This document shows, one piece after another, positions 26,220 through 38,338 of a stretch of DNA of 64,000 bases. How positions within the stretch are numbered: the first letter of the stretch is position 1; each line of letters starts with the position of its first letter. The notes beneath the pieces are model-generated. The model saw only the letters and a list, made by a program, of their open reading frames with translations, was not told the DNA's origin and ran no database searches. Source of the stretch: Stegostoma tigrinum (lineage: Eukaryota); assembly GCF_030684315.1 (NCBI RefSeq), contig NC_081364.1, positions 19,266,343 to 19,330,342 on the forward strand. Direction: 5' to 3'. The position numbers and the translations under genes are program-made.

Positions 26220-26458
26220 AGCTTTTGTGCTCCTGAGATGCTGCTTGGCCTGCTGTGTTCATCCAGCCTCACATTTTGTTATCTTGGCATAAATGTAAGT
26301 TTTTTTTCATACAACAGCTTCCACAACCAGCACATCACTGACCACAGATGCCACCATTCCTGACCCCCTGAATCCCTCCTCAACATCCTGTCCACCCATT
26401 TATTATTCAGTCATAAGGAGCAATAGCGTGTCATGATTTCAGTCATCCTACCACACTG

Positions 26459-26494
26459 ACACGCGCACGCACGCACGCACACGCACGCACACAC
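26459..26494. repeat. (GCAC)n/(AC)n microsatellite
   Basis: acacgcgcacgcacgcacgcacacgcacgcacacac. Confidence 0.85.
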
Positions 26495-26974
26495 TATCAG
26501 CTTTCAATTCCTGGTTTAAATTTCATAACTTCACCACTGACTTTCCTCTTCCTTGCCTACTAACTTGGTAGGGAAATCAAACTGTTCACAAATTGATTGA
26601 CCGTGAAAGGGTTGCTGACCCTTAAATTTTCTCCACTTTCTACATCCACACCTGTAAAGTTAGCCATCTCAGTCTCCGATTCAACTAAACTGTAACTGAA
26701 ACCCGTGTTTATATGAGGCCCAGATACAATTAAACCAATTTCCTGCTGCCAAAGCAAAAACCAAAACAACTGCAAATGCTGGAAGTCAGATACAAATCAA
26801 ATCGGACTTCTTGCGAGTGAACCTGAGTAAGGCAACGGACCGAGACGGAGTGTCCGACTGTGCATATCCTGCGTGGACCAGCTGGTGCAAGTATTTGCTG
26901 ACATCTTTAACGTCTCCTTACTACAGTCTGAAATCCCCGGCTGCTTCAAGACGACCACCATTTCAGGGTCAGCA

Positions 26975-29900
26975 ACCCTTTCATGGTCAATCATATAAAA
27001 AGTGTAGGAGCACACTTAAGAGGGTAATTCGAAGAGCAAAAATAAGGTATAAGATGGATCTGGCAGATAAGGTTAGAGATAATCCTAAGAGATTCCATAC
27101 TTATATTAAGAGTAAAAAGAGTGGCTAGGGAGAGAATAGGTTCTCTTAAAGATCAGATGTGAAAGCAAAGGAGATAAGGGAAATTTTTCATGAATATTTC
27201 TTATTAGTGTTTACGGAGGACAGAATCATGAATTCCAAGGAAATAAGGGAAACAATTGGCGATGTTTTGGACTGCATACATGTTACCAGAGTGGAAGTGT
27301 TTGCAGCCTTAAAGCACATTATGGTGGATAAATCCCCTGGGACTAACCAAGTCCATCATTGGATGTTGCGGTAGGCTAGGGAAGAAATTGCAGAGGGCCT
27401 TGCAGAGATTTTTGCTTCAATCTTTAGCCAATAGTGAAGTTCCAGAAGACAGGAGGGTGGCTAACGCTGTTCCATTGTTTAAGAAAGGCAGCAAAGACAA
27501 GCCAGGGAACTGCAGGCCAGTGAGCCTGATATTAGTGGTAGACAGGTTATTGGAGAGGATTTCAAGGGACAGGATCAAACAATGTTCAGATAGGGCAAGG
27601 TTTGATTTGGGGCAGCAAGCACGGATTTATGCGCAGGAAGTCATGTCTGACAAATCTTTTAGAGTTTTTCAAAGAGGCAACCAAAGAGGATATATGAGGG
27701 TAGGGCAGTGGAAGTTGTCTACATGAACTTTAGTAAGGACTTTGACAAGGTCCTTCACAGCAGGCTTGTCATGAAAGTTAAGTTGCAAGGAGAGCCAACT
27801 AATTGGATTCAAAACTGCTTCGATGGTAGGAAGCGCGGCGGCGGGGGGGGGTTGTTGGTGGTGGTGAGGAGGAGGAGGAGGAGGAGGACGACAGGTGAAG
27901 GTTGTTTCTCGGACTAGAGGCCTGTGACTTGTATTGTGCCACAGGTGTCAGTGTTGAGACTTTTGTTGTTAGTTATTTACATAAATGATCTGGACGTGAA
28001 CGTACAAGGCATGATTAATAAGTTTGTGGATGTTACAAAATTAGGAAGAGGTATCATTCATAGTGAGGAAGGTTATCAAACTTCACCGAGGGATCTTGAT
28101 CAGGTGGGTAAGTGGGCTGAGGATTGACAAATGCAGTTCAATACAGGCAAGTGTGAGGTGTTGCACTTTGGAAAGTCAAACCAAGGTAGAATTTATACAG
28201 TAAATGTAAATGTCCCGATGGGAGTTGTGGAACACAGGAACCGAGGAGTAAAGTACATTGTTCATTGAAAGCAATATCACAGGCAGACAAGGTGGTGAAG
28301 AAGTATTTAGCATGCTGGCCTTCATCTGTCAAGGCATTGAGTATGGGAGTTAGGACTTAGGTTACAGTTGTGTAAGTTGTTGGTTAGGCCCATAGAACAT
28401 AGAACATTACAGCACAGTACAGGCCCTTCGGCCCTCGATGTTGTGCCGACCTGTCATACCGATCTCAAGCCCATCTAACCTACACTATTCCATGTACATC
28501 CATATGCTTATCCAATGACGACTTAAATGTACCTAAAGTTGGTGAATCTACTACCATTGCAGGCAAAGCGTTCCACTTCCTTACTACTCTGAGTAAAGAA
28601 ACTACCTCTGACATCCGTCCTATATCTTTCACCCCTCAATTAAAAGCTATGCCCCCTCGTGCTCGCCGTCACCATCCTAGGAAAAAGGCTCTCCTTATCC
28701 ACGCTATCTAACCCTCTGATTATTTTATATGTTTCAATTAAGTCATCTCTCAACCTTCTTCTCTCAATGAAAACAGCCTCAAGTCCCTCAGCCTTTCCCC
28801 ATAAGACCTTCCCTCCATACCAGGCAACATCCTAGTAAATCTACTCTGCACCCTTTCCAAAGCTTCCACATCCTTCTTATAATGCGGTGACCAGAACTGT
28901 ACACAATACTCCAAGTGCTGCCACACCAGAGTTTTGTACAGCTGTAGCATAACCTCTTGGTTCCAGAACTCGATCCCTCTATTAATAAAAGCTAAAACAC
29001 TGTATGCCTTCTTAACAGCCCTGTCAACCTGGGTGGCAACTTTCAAGGATCTGTGTCAATGGACACCGAGATCTCTGCTCATCTACATTACTAAGAATCT
29101 TACCATTGCCTCAGTACTTTGCCTTCCGGTTACTCCTACCAAAATGCATCACCTCATACTTGTCCGCATTAAACTCCATTTGCCACCTCTCAGCCCAGCT
29201 CTGCAGCTTATCTATGTCTCTCTGCAACCTACAGCATCCTTCGTCACTATCCACGACTCCACCGACCTTAGTGTCGTCTGCAAATTTACTAACCCATCCT
29301 TCTACGCCCTCATCCATGTCATTTATAAAAATGACAAACAGCAGTGGACCCAACACCGACCCTTGCAGTACACCACTAGTAACTGGTCTCCAGGATGAAC
29401 ACTTCCCATCAATTACCACCCTCTGTCTTCTTTCACCAAGCCAATTTCCGATCCAAACTGCTATACCTCCCACAATTCCCTTCGTCAACATTTTGTACAA
29501 CTGCCTACTGTGGGGAACCTTATCGAACGCCTTGCTGAAATCCATATACACCACATCAACCAGTTTACACTCATCTACCTGTTTGGTCACCTTCTCAAAG
29601 AACTCAATAAGGTTTGTGAGGCACGACCTTCCCTTCACAAAACCATGCTGACTATCCCTAATCAATTTATTCTTTTCTAGATGATTATAAATCCTATCCC
29701 TTATAACCTTTTCCAACACTTTACCAACAACTGAGGTAAGGCTCACTGGTCTATAATTACCAGGGTTGAGTCTACTCCTCTTCTTGAACAGGGGAACCAC
29801 ATTTGCTATCCTCCAGTCGTCTGGCACTATTCCTGTAGACAATGACGAGTTAAAGATCAATGCCAAAGGCTCGGCAATCTCCTCCCTGGCTTCCCAGAGG

Positions 29901-31050
29901 ATCCTAGGATAAATCCCATCCAGCCCAGGGGACTTATCTATCTTCACCCTCTGTAGGATTTCTAATACCTCCTCCTTGTGAACCTCAATCCCACCTAGTC
30001 TAGTAGCCTGTATCTCAGTATTCTCGACAACATTATCATTTTCTAGAGTGAATACTGTTGAAAAATATTCATTTAGTGCTTCCCCTATCTCCTCTGACTC
30101 CACATACAACTTCCCACTACTATCCTTGACTGGCCCTAATCTTACTTTCGTCATTCTTTTATTCCTTAAGTACCTATAGAAAGCCTTAGGGTTTACCCTG
30201 ATCCTTTCCACTAACAACTTCGCATGTCTCCTCCTGGGTCTTCTGAGCTCTCTCTCTTTAGGTCTTTCCTGGCTACCTTGTAGCCCTCAAGCGTCCTAAC
30301 TAAGCCTTCTTCTTCCTCTTGACCAGAGATTCCATCTCCTTCGTAAGCCACAGCTCACATGCTCTACAGCTTCCTCCCTGCCTGGCAGGTACGTACTTAT
30401 CTGGGACACACAGGAGCTTTTCCTTGAATAAGCTCCACATTTCTAATGTGCCCCTCCTCTGCAGTTTCCTTCCCCATCCCATGCTCCCTAAATCTTGCCT
30501 AAATCTCTCACACTTGGAGTTTTGTGTACAGTTTTGGTCACTTTGTTATAGGAAAGACATAGTTAAACTGGAAAATCTGCAAAGAAGATTTACAAGGATG
30601 TTGTTTGGACAAATAGGCCTGAGTTGTAGGGAGAAGTTGGCCAGGATAGGACATTAATCCTTGGAAAATAGGACAATGAGGTGTGACTTTATTGAGGTGT
30701 GTAAAATCAAGAGGGGCGGAGATAGGATGAATGCATGTCATCTTTCTCCCAGGGATGGGGAATTGAAAACTCACAGGTTTAAAGGTGAGAGGGGAAAGAT
30801 TTAAGGATGACCTGAGGGGCAACTTCTTCACGCAGAGAGTGATGCATATATAGAATGGGCTGCCAGAGAAAGTGATTGAGGCAAGTACTATAGTAACATT
30901 TATAAAACTTTTGGATAGGTACATGGATAGTAAGGGTTTAAGAGGGATATGGACCAAATACGGGCAATTGGAACTAGCTGAGTGGGCACCATGGTCAGCA
31001 TAGATCAGTTTGGGCCAAAGAGCCTGTTTCCATGCAGTATTGCTCTATGA
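26975..31050 (+). mobile_element. Older decayed CR1 LINE, interrupted by a younger CR1 at 28391-30508
   Basis: ORF2 fragments (ANAVPLFKKGSKDKPGNCRPVSL, VYMNFSKDFDKV). The sequence breaks at ...ggttaggcc (28390) and resumes at cacacttggagttttgtg (about 30509). Confidence 0.85.
28391..30508 (-). mobile_element. Younger 5'-truncated CR1 LINE with short tandem-repeat tail
   Basis: 368-aa ORF 29111..30217 has an RT domain (VYMDFSKAFDKV, QGSVLGPLLF, KFADD). The 3' tail is (ATGTTCT)n on the minus strand at about 28391-28407. Confidence 0.92.
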
Positions 31051-31277
31051 TTCTAAAATACATGCAAAGTGCCTCAAAGATTACCGCCCAATGGCTCTGA
31101 CCTCCATAATCATGAAGTGGTTCAAGACAGTAATCATGGCTCACATCAGTTCTCGTCTCCCAGTCTGTCTCGATCTCTTGAAATCTGCCTAACGGCAGAA
31201 CAGGCCCACAGCAGATGTCATTTCCACAAGCCTTCACTCATCCCTGGAAAATCTGGATGTCAGCCTCCTACCTACCA

Positions 31278-31490
31278 ACCAAAAGAGCTGCAGATACCGT
31301 AAATCAGAAACAAAAACAGAAGTTGCTGGATAGCTCAGCAGGTCTGGCAGCATTTGTGAACAGAAATCAGAGTTTCTGGTTGGCTGAGGAAGGGTCACAA
31401 CAGGAATATTAACCCAAAACGTTAACTCTGATTTCTCTCCACAGATATTGCCAGAACTGCTGAGCTTTTCCAGCAACTTCTGTTTTTGTT
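31278..31490. mobile_element. Palindromic PLE-derived mini-element (second family)
   Basis: Inverted arms about 31309-31374 and 31424-31490. The loop holds ctgaggaagggtca...cccaaaacgttaa (degenerate HHR). The tail is on the left. Confidence 0.7.
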
Positions 31491-31849
31491 CCTAGTCATT
31501 AACTACAGCTCTCCCTTCAACACTATAATCCCAAACAAACTAGTCTCAGAACTTGGGTTTTGGCTCTGCCCTCTGCAACTGCATCCTCAGCTTCCTGACC
31601 CACACACTGCAATCTGTGAAGATAGGCAACAGTACCACCTCCACAATAATACTCAATACGAGCACTCTGTCAGGATGCGTATTCAGTCCCCTACTGTACT
31701 CTCTGTATGGTCGTGATAGTGTGGGCAAATTTCGTACTAACACCATCTACAAGTTCACTGACAGTGCCACTGTTGTAGGATGGATATCAAACAATAACGA
31801 GTCAGAATATGGGAAGGAAACAGAATGTGTCACAGTGCAAAGATAACTG

Positions 31850-32610
31850 TCTTTGAGTTTGTTGGCTTACTTGCTGACCTGGATGGTTATTGTTTAGATG
31901 TTTCATCACCATGCTAGATAACATCATCAGTGCAGCCTCCAATGAAGCAATGTTGTTCTACTCCGCTTGGAATTTATATGATCTGGACTAATAAGCTAGG
32001 TTGTGTCATTTCCAGTTCTATTCTGCACGGGCTTGTATATGGGGTCTAATTCCACGTTTGTTGCTTGCATTACAGGTTGAAAACCAAGCCTCAAGGAACT
32101 TCCTGTGCATGTCCGTTGGCTTGAACTAGAACGGTCATGTTGTCCCAGTAAAATTGATGGCCTTCATTGTCCAAGTGCGCTGAAATATGGGAAAGTTGGT
32201 CATGTTGTTTTGTTGCTAGCTGGTGCTCCGCGTATCCTCAAGGCTAGTTTCTTACCAGTATGGCTGACGTGATGTTTGTTGCGGTCATTGCAAGGTATTT
32301 TGTAAACTGCAATGGTCTTGCATGTCATGGGTATGGGGTCTTTGGTCCCCCAGTGTTTGTTGTAGTTTGGCTGTGGGCTTGTCTGCTACCATGATTCCTA
32401 ATGGTCATAGGAGTCTTGTTGTCAGTTCTTAAATGTTCTTTGACTCAGACTATTTAAATTCCAAGCAGAGTAGAACAACATCGCTTCATAGGAGGCTACA
32501 CTGATCATGTTACCTAGCATGGTGACAAAACATCTGATAACAACCAGCCAGCTCAGTGAGCAAGCCAACAACCCCATCCATGACCCAAGCTTCAAATCTT
32601 CACAAGAATC
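31850..32610. mobile_element. Older inverted-arm PLE of a third family (Penelope/Poseidon-like GIY-YIG)
   Basis: Arms about 31858-31976 and 32455-32572 each carry a ctgat(g/c)atgtta(t/c)ctagcatggtga..aaacatct HHR remnant. The minus strand encodes decayed KDPIPMTCKTIAVYKIPCND...TGKKLALRI. Confidence 0.75.
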
Positions 32611-33669
32611 TTAAATAACAATCCCTCCCTCAATGTCAGCAAAACTAAAGAACTGATCATTGATTTCAGAAAGAAAGGAGGAGTACACAACGCTACCTAC
32701 ATCAATGGAGCTGAAGTGGAGACGGTCAAGAGTGTCAAGTTCCGAGGGGAGATGATCACCACTTGGTGTGGCAACTGCTGTGCCCAGGACCATAAGAAAC
32801 CACAGAAAGTTGTGTACACAGCCCAGACCTCCATGAGAGCCAACCTCCCATCCACAGACTCCATCTAAATTTCTTGTTGCCACAGAAAGTCTGCCAACAT
32901 CAAAGACCCCTCCCACCCCAATAATACCCTGTTCCACCCTCTTCCATCAGGCAGAAAATACAGAAGCTTAAACACACATACCAACAGGTTCAAGAACAGC
33001 TTCTTCACTGCATTTATTAGACTGCTGACTGGACCTCATTGATTTCAAATCTAATGTTGATCTTGCTTTTATGCACCTCCTGTGCAGCCGTAACCTTGTA
33101 TGCCTTGCCCTATCGAAAGATTGTATGTTATGATCTGCCTGTACTGCATGCAAAACAAAGCCTTTCACTGTACTTAGATACATGTAATAAGAAAAAAAAT
33201 CAAAATCAAATCAAGAACAAGTCAACAAAATCAGAAATTGTTAGAAAAATTCAGCAGGTCTGGCAGCATCTATGGCAAGAAAGCAGGGTCAACAGAATAA
33301 AGGGGGGGGGGGTAACAGGACCTCAAACACTGACTGCTTTCTTACCACAGATGCTGTTCGGCCTGCTGAGCTTTTCTAGCATTTTCTGATCTTGTTCCAT
33401 TCCTCAGCCACCTTCCATACATGGAATGAAACTTCCACACCCAGAACAGCTCCATTTTTATCCACCGATTGGTTCTTGACGGCTAATTCCACTTTCCCTC
33501 AAAACCTCTCCATTTCTCTCTAAAGATCCCATTTTAAATGTACCCGCCAAGCTTTGAGTTTCACTCCCTTGTATCAAATTTGATTTCGGGTCTGGTTTGC
33601 CACACCACCCACGCTGTTGTAAAGCGTCGTGGGTCGTTGTTTTGCAGGATTCAGGTCCTGTTAACTGAC

Positions 33670-33970
33670 CTTGAGTTAGGAGCAGTCACTGGAGTTTCAA
33701 CCTCCGGTACAGGAGTGATCTCTGATGATGGAGAGACACAGGTTCTCCTCAATCTAACACAGCTCTTTACAGCTCCAGAACCCGGCCGGCAGATTCCGCC
33801 CAGGATCAAAGACCTGCCGCTAATCAAAACGCGTAAACATTTTAAAAGATTTCACCTCCTGTCATGCCGGAGCGACTCTGATACTTTTAACTCATCCACA
33901 CACACACACCCTCCTCATAACGTTAGACCCATTTAAGCGGCCAGCTGCCTCTCTGAGAATTGTGGGATAC
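33670..33970 (-). promoter_or_regulatory. Probable non-coding first exon and CpG-enriched promoter of the minus-strand gene
   Basis: Local CpG enrichment at 33540-33970 and a good minus-strand donor AAG|gtcagt at 33670/33669. Nearby ATGs hit stops within 8 codons. The TSS is not determinable. Confidence 0.45.
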
Positions 33971-34756
33971 CGGAGGACCAATGAAACTGATTCTGGAGAA
34001 GGAGCCAGCCAGTGGTTTTGGTTCAGATAGCAATGCTCTCAAAGTGCTTTGATAGCCTTGAAACAATGCAGTTTTTTTTATTTTCAAAGAAATTATCGCG
34101 TTAAATGGGGGTCTGTTCAGTCTTCAGACCCTCCGGTGCATCAAATGCACGTCAATGTAGTCTTCTAGTTCGTTCTGTTAAACTCAAAATCTAATGTTTG
34201 TTTCCTTGATAAGCTGCTGTACAGAATCAAACTCCATTTGTGATTTTTTAAATGAATAAGGTATATTTTTGAAATTAAAAAAATTAAATCAGAAAATACT
34301 ATTACATCTAAATGTTGAAAACACTCAAAAATATGTTTTGAGCTAATTTGCTCCATTCATGTCAGTTTCTCTAAAATCTCTTGTGTCACCTGACCTCTTT
34401 TTCTGACCTACTGAAATATTGGCTAATTTTGTATGGGTTTGGGGGTTTTCAATGGGCCCTTTCTTTTAAAAAAGTCTTTATTATACTGACTAAATTTTGA
34501 ATTAACACAGGATAATATAGCACTGACTGCATCAATCAACAGTGCAGAAACAGTATTAATTGTTTTGCAGAGATAACAAGGTGTAGAGCTGGATGAACAC
34601 AGCAGGCCAAGCAGCATCGTCGGAGCAGGAAGGCTGATGTTTCAGGCTTAAACCCTTCACTTTTCCGTGTTCTGGAGGTAGACTGCAAGTTTTAACTGAA
34701 ATGAACAGGTGCAGAAAATAATGAAAAAGGCTGATGGAATGCTGGCCTTTATATCC

Positions 34757-35040
34757 TAGGATGGTGACGGCGAGCACGAGGGGTCATAGCTTTAAATTGA
34801 GGGGTGAAAGATATAGGACAGATGTCAGAGGTAGTTTCTTTTCTCAGAGAGTAGTAAGGGAATGGAACGCTTTGACTGCAACGGTAGCAGATTCGGCAAC
34901 TTTAAGTACATTTAAGTCATCATTGGACAAGCATATGGACGTACGTGGAATAGTGTAGGTTAGATGGGCTTCAGATTGGTATGACAGGTCGGCACAACAT
35001 CGAGGGCCAAAGGGCCTGTACTGTGCTGTAATGTTCTATA
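34757..35040 (+). mobile_element. Young CR1 3' end nested in an older CR1 fragment
   Basis: STRGHSFKLRGERYRTDVRGSFFSQRVVREWNAL. It matches the reverse complement of 28400-28680 and ends in taatgttcta. Confidence 0.85.
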
Positions 35041-36002
35041 TCGAGAGGAGTAGAAGAGGAGTACAAGTCAAGGTCTGGACAAATAAAGCCCTGGCTAGAT
35101 CAGATGTGGAGTATTATGAGCAGTTCTGGGACACACCTTAGGAAGATATGTTTTCTAGCACTAGAGGAAGTGCAGTGTGGGACAGTTGAAGGTGAGATTA
35201 CACAAAATACGGTATTATTTAAGGAGTGATCCACTCAAAGTTTCTAAAATATGAAGGGGAACAGATAACCATACAGGCTGAAACAATATCTGTTCATTTG
35301 GAAATCTATGATTAAGCAGCATTATTTAAAATTAGATCTAGATCTTTCAGGGTAAGTTACAAAGAAAGGTTTTCTACAGTACTAAAGTGGCTACACAGGA
35401 AAAAGGTTTTAATTGGTTGCAAAAAAAATTGAGTCATTCTGTTGTCAACAAAACACATAAATGTAAATTTTTTTCTTTAAAGCTTGAACACTATTCTGTG
35501 AACAGCAATTAGTGCTGGATCAACTACCTGTAAATTAAAACCTTAGATTGATAGATTGTAGCTAATCAGAGGAGTTAGAGAATATGAAACATAAATGGGT
35601 ATATCAAGCTATGTTGCTAAATTGGCCATGGTCTCCGTTGGCTGAGGAGAAAATCGGCCTATTCAATTGCATACGTTCTTCAACTTTTTCTTGTATCGAG
35701 AAAATAGTTTCCAGTCTTTTCAATATTCCCTAATCACTACAACCTCATAAAGCCTCATTTTTAACAGACGACACAAATTAAAATCAATCATAGTTTTTAA
35801 CTTTTGAAGAAGGGTCACTGCACCTAAAACACAGACTGTGGTACGCCTCAAAAAGATGCTGCCAGACCCATCGAATTTCTCCAGTAAATTTCTGGTTTTG
35901 GTTTCAGATTTTCAGCAGTTTTTTGGTTTACTTTTTTTTTAAACTTGCTGCTGCTAATACGCGGCATGCTTGCCAATGCTACTAATCAGAGGGCACAGTG
36001 GG

Positions 36003-37851
36003 AGATAATGGGACCTGCAGATGCTGGAGAATCTGAGATAACAAAGTATGGGGCTGGATGAACACAGCAGGCCAAGCAGCATCTTAGGAGCACAAAAGCT
36101 GACATTTCAGGCCTAGACCCTTCATCAGAAAAGGGGATGGGGAGAGGGTTCTGAAATAAATAGGGAGAGAGGGGGAGGCAGATCGAAGATGCATAGAGGA
36201 GAAGATAGGTGGAGAGGAGCGTATAGGTGGGGAAGTAGGGAGGGGATGGGTCAGTCCGGGGAGGACGGACAGGTCAAGAGGGCGGGATGGGGTTAGTAGG
36301 TAGGAAATGGAGGTGTGGCTTGAGGTGGGGATAGGTGAGAGGAAGAACAGGTTAGGGAGGCGGGGACGAGCTGGGCTGGTTTTGGGATGCAGTGGGGGAA
36401 GGGGAGATTTTGAAGCTTGTGAAATCCGCATTGATACCATTGGGCTGCAGTGTTCCCAAGCGGAATATGAGTTGCTGTTTCTTCGGGTGGCATCATTGTG
36501 GCACTGCAGGAGGTCCAGGATGGACATGTCGTCGAAGGAATGGGTGGGGGAGTTGAAATGGTTCGCGACTGAGAGGTGCAGTTGTTTATTGTGAGCTGAG
36601 CGTAGGTGTTCTGCAAAGCGGTCCCCAAGCCCCCGTTTGGTTTCCCCGATGTAGAGGAAGCCACAACAGGTACAGCAGACGCAGTATACCACATTGGCAG
36701 ATGTGCAGGTGAACATCTGCTTAATATGGAACGTCATCTTGGGGCCTGGGATGGGGGTGAGGGAGGTGGTGTGGGGGCAGGTGTAGCACTTCCTGCGGTT
36801 GCAGCGGTAAGTGCCAGATGTGGCGGCGTAGGAGGGGAGTGTGGACCGGACAAGGGAGTCCCGGAGAGAGTGGTCTCTCCGGAAGGCAGAGATGGGGATG
36901 GAAAAATGTCTTTAGTGGTGGGGTCGGATTGTAGATGGCGGAAGTGTCGGAGGATGATGCATTGTATCCGGAGGTTGGTGGGGTGGTATGTGAGAACGAG
37001 GGGGATTGTCTTTTGGCGGTTATTGCAGGGATGTTCAAGGACTGCAACTTCCTCCCAGCAGTGGTCAAGAACGCCCTCGACCACGTCTCCCACACTTCCC
37101 ACACCTCCTCCCACACCCCCATCCCAGGCCCCAAGATGACTTTCCACATCAAGCAGATGCTCACCTGCACATCTGCCAACGTGGCATACTGCATCCACTG
37201 TACACAGTGTGGCTTCATCTACATTGGGGAAACCAAACGGAGGCTTGGGGACCACTTTGCAGAACACCAAAGCTCGGTTCACAATAAACAACTGCACCTC
37301 CCAGTTGCGAACCATTTCAACTCCCTCTCCCATTCCTTAGGTGACACGTCCATCCTGGGCCTCTTGCAGTGCCACAATGATGCCACCTGATGGTTGCAGG
37401 AACAGCAACTCATATTCCGCTTGGGAACCCTGCAGCCCAATGGTATCAATGTGGATTTCACCAGCTTCAAAATCTCCCCTCCCCCCACTGCATCCCAAAA
37501 CCAGCCCAGCTCGTCCCCGCCTCCCTAACTTGTTCTTCCTCTCACCTATCCCTTCCACCCACCCCAAGCCGCACCTCCATTTCCTACCTACCAACCTCAT
37601 CCCGCCCCCTTGACCTGTCCATCCTCCCCGGATTGACCTATCCCCTCCCTGCCTCCCCACCTATACTGTCTTCTCCACCTATCTTCTCCTCTATCCATCT
37701 TCAGTCTGCCTCCCCCTCTCTCCCTATTTATTTCAGAATCCTCTCCCAATCCCCCTTTTCTGATGAAGGGTCTAGGCCAAAAACATCAGCTTTTGTGCTC
37801 CTAAGATGCTGCTTGGCCTGCTGTGCTCATCCAGCTCCACACTTTGTTATC
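36003..37851. mobile_element. Inverted-arm Neptune-like PLE (older subfamily) with 17-bp TSD
   Basis: Minus arm about 36003-37030 and plus arm about 37031-37851 each encode a decayed GIY-YIG. TSD tcagagggcacagtggg is at 35986-36002 and 37852-37868. HHR motifs are decayed (36100-36127; 37760-37787). Confidence 0.92.
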
Positions 37852-37949
37852 TCAGAGGGCACAGTGGGCATCAGTCGTGGAGTGAAGCGAATGAAGAAGT
37901 TTGAGGAGATCCAAGCCCCTTCAACAACCCTCGTCCTTGACATCCTGCA

Positions 37950-38238
37950 ATACCTCACCTCAACCGCTAGGACGGGGTTCTATGTGTGACGCATCACTGC
38001 GCCAGGGCGTGAAGCCGGCCGCAGAATGATGACGTAGGAGATGCACTTGGTAGCGTGTTTGAAGTGGGATTGAGTTTAGTGTTCATCACCTTGTTCTTCA
38101 ATACCTTTCGATCAGAACTAGTCACTTTTGTTTTAATTTGCTGTCCACCTAACGCTTAGTTTTCCACCGGTTCCGTCCTTTACTTCCGTGGTGTTTGAGT
38201 TCTCCCCCTTTTATTAGGAAACAAACTTGGATCAAGGA
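37950..38238 (+). promoter_or_regulatory. Probable SURF6 promoter / 5' UTR region
   Basis: CpG-enriched stretch directly upstream of the ATG, with ATF/CRE-like motifs tgacgca (37987-37993) and atgatgacgta (38026-38036). Confidence 0.45.
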
Positions 38239-38338
38239 ATGGCTGATCCCAGCCTCGCCGCCAAAGACAAGTATTTTCAGATTTTGGGAAGCAAAGTGTG
38301 CGCATCCCAGAACCAGGAACCTCGTAAACGAAAGCTGG
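38239..38338 (+). CDS. SURF6: Surfeit locus protein 6, coding exon 1
   Basis: MADPSLAAKDKYFQILGSKVC resembles the SURF6 N-terminus (SLLAKDAYLQ). Donor G|gtaagg, 100 nt, phase 1. Confidence 0.85.

Larger units (their letters stand above)
23496..26284. mobile_element. Young Penelope-like retroelement (Neptune-like) with inverted 3' arm and 14-bp TSD
   Basis: Left arm about 23499-24249 is the reverse complement of 25568-26287 (two mismatches noticed) plus a tail of about 31 nt. TSD tggcataaatgtaa is at 23482-23495 and 26285-26298. Confidence 0.95.
31060..33200 (+). mobile_element. Decayed Rex1/Babar-like non-LTR element, interrupted by two PLE-derived insertions
   Basis: Fragments LKDYRPMALTSIIMKWF, NYSSPFNTIIPNKL, SGCVFSPLLYSLY, YKFTDSATVVG and LNVSKTKELIIDFRK occur in collinear order. 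Confidence 0.7.

Noticed and set aside
33538-33936. 132-aa plus-strand ORF
   Set aside because: No recognisable motif. It overlaps a CpG-enriched putative first exon on the opposite strand.
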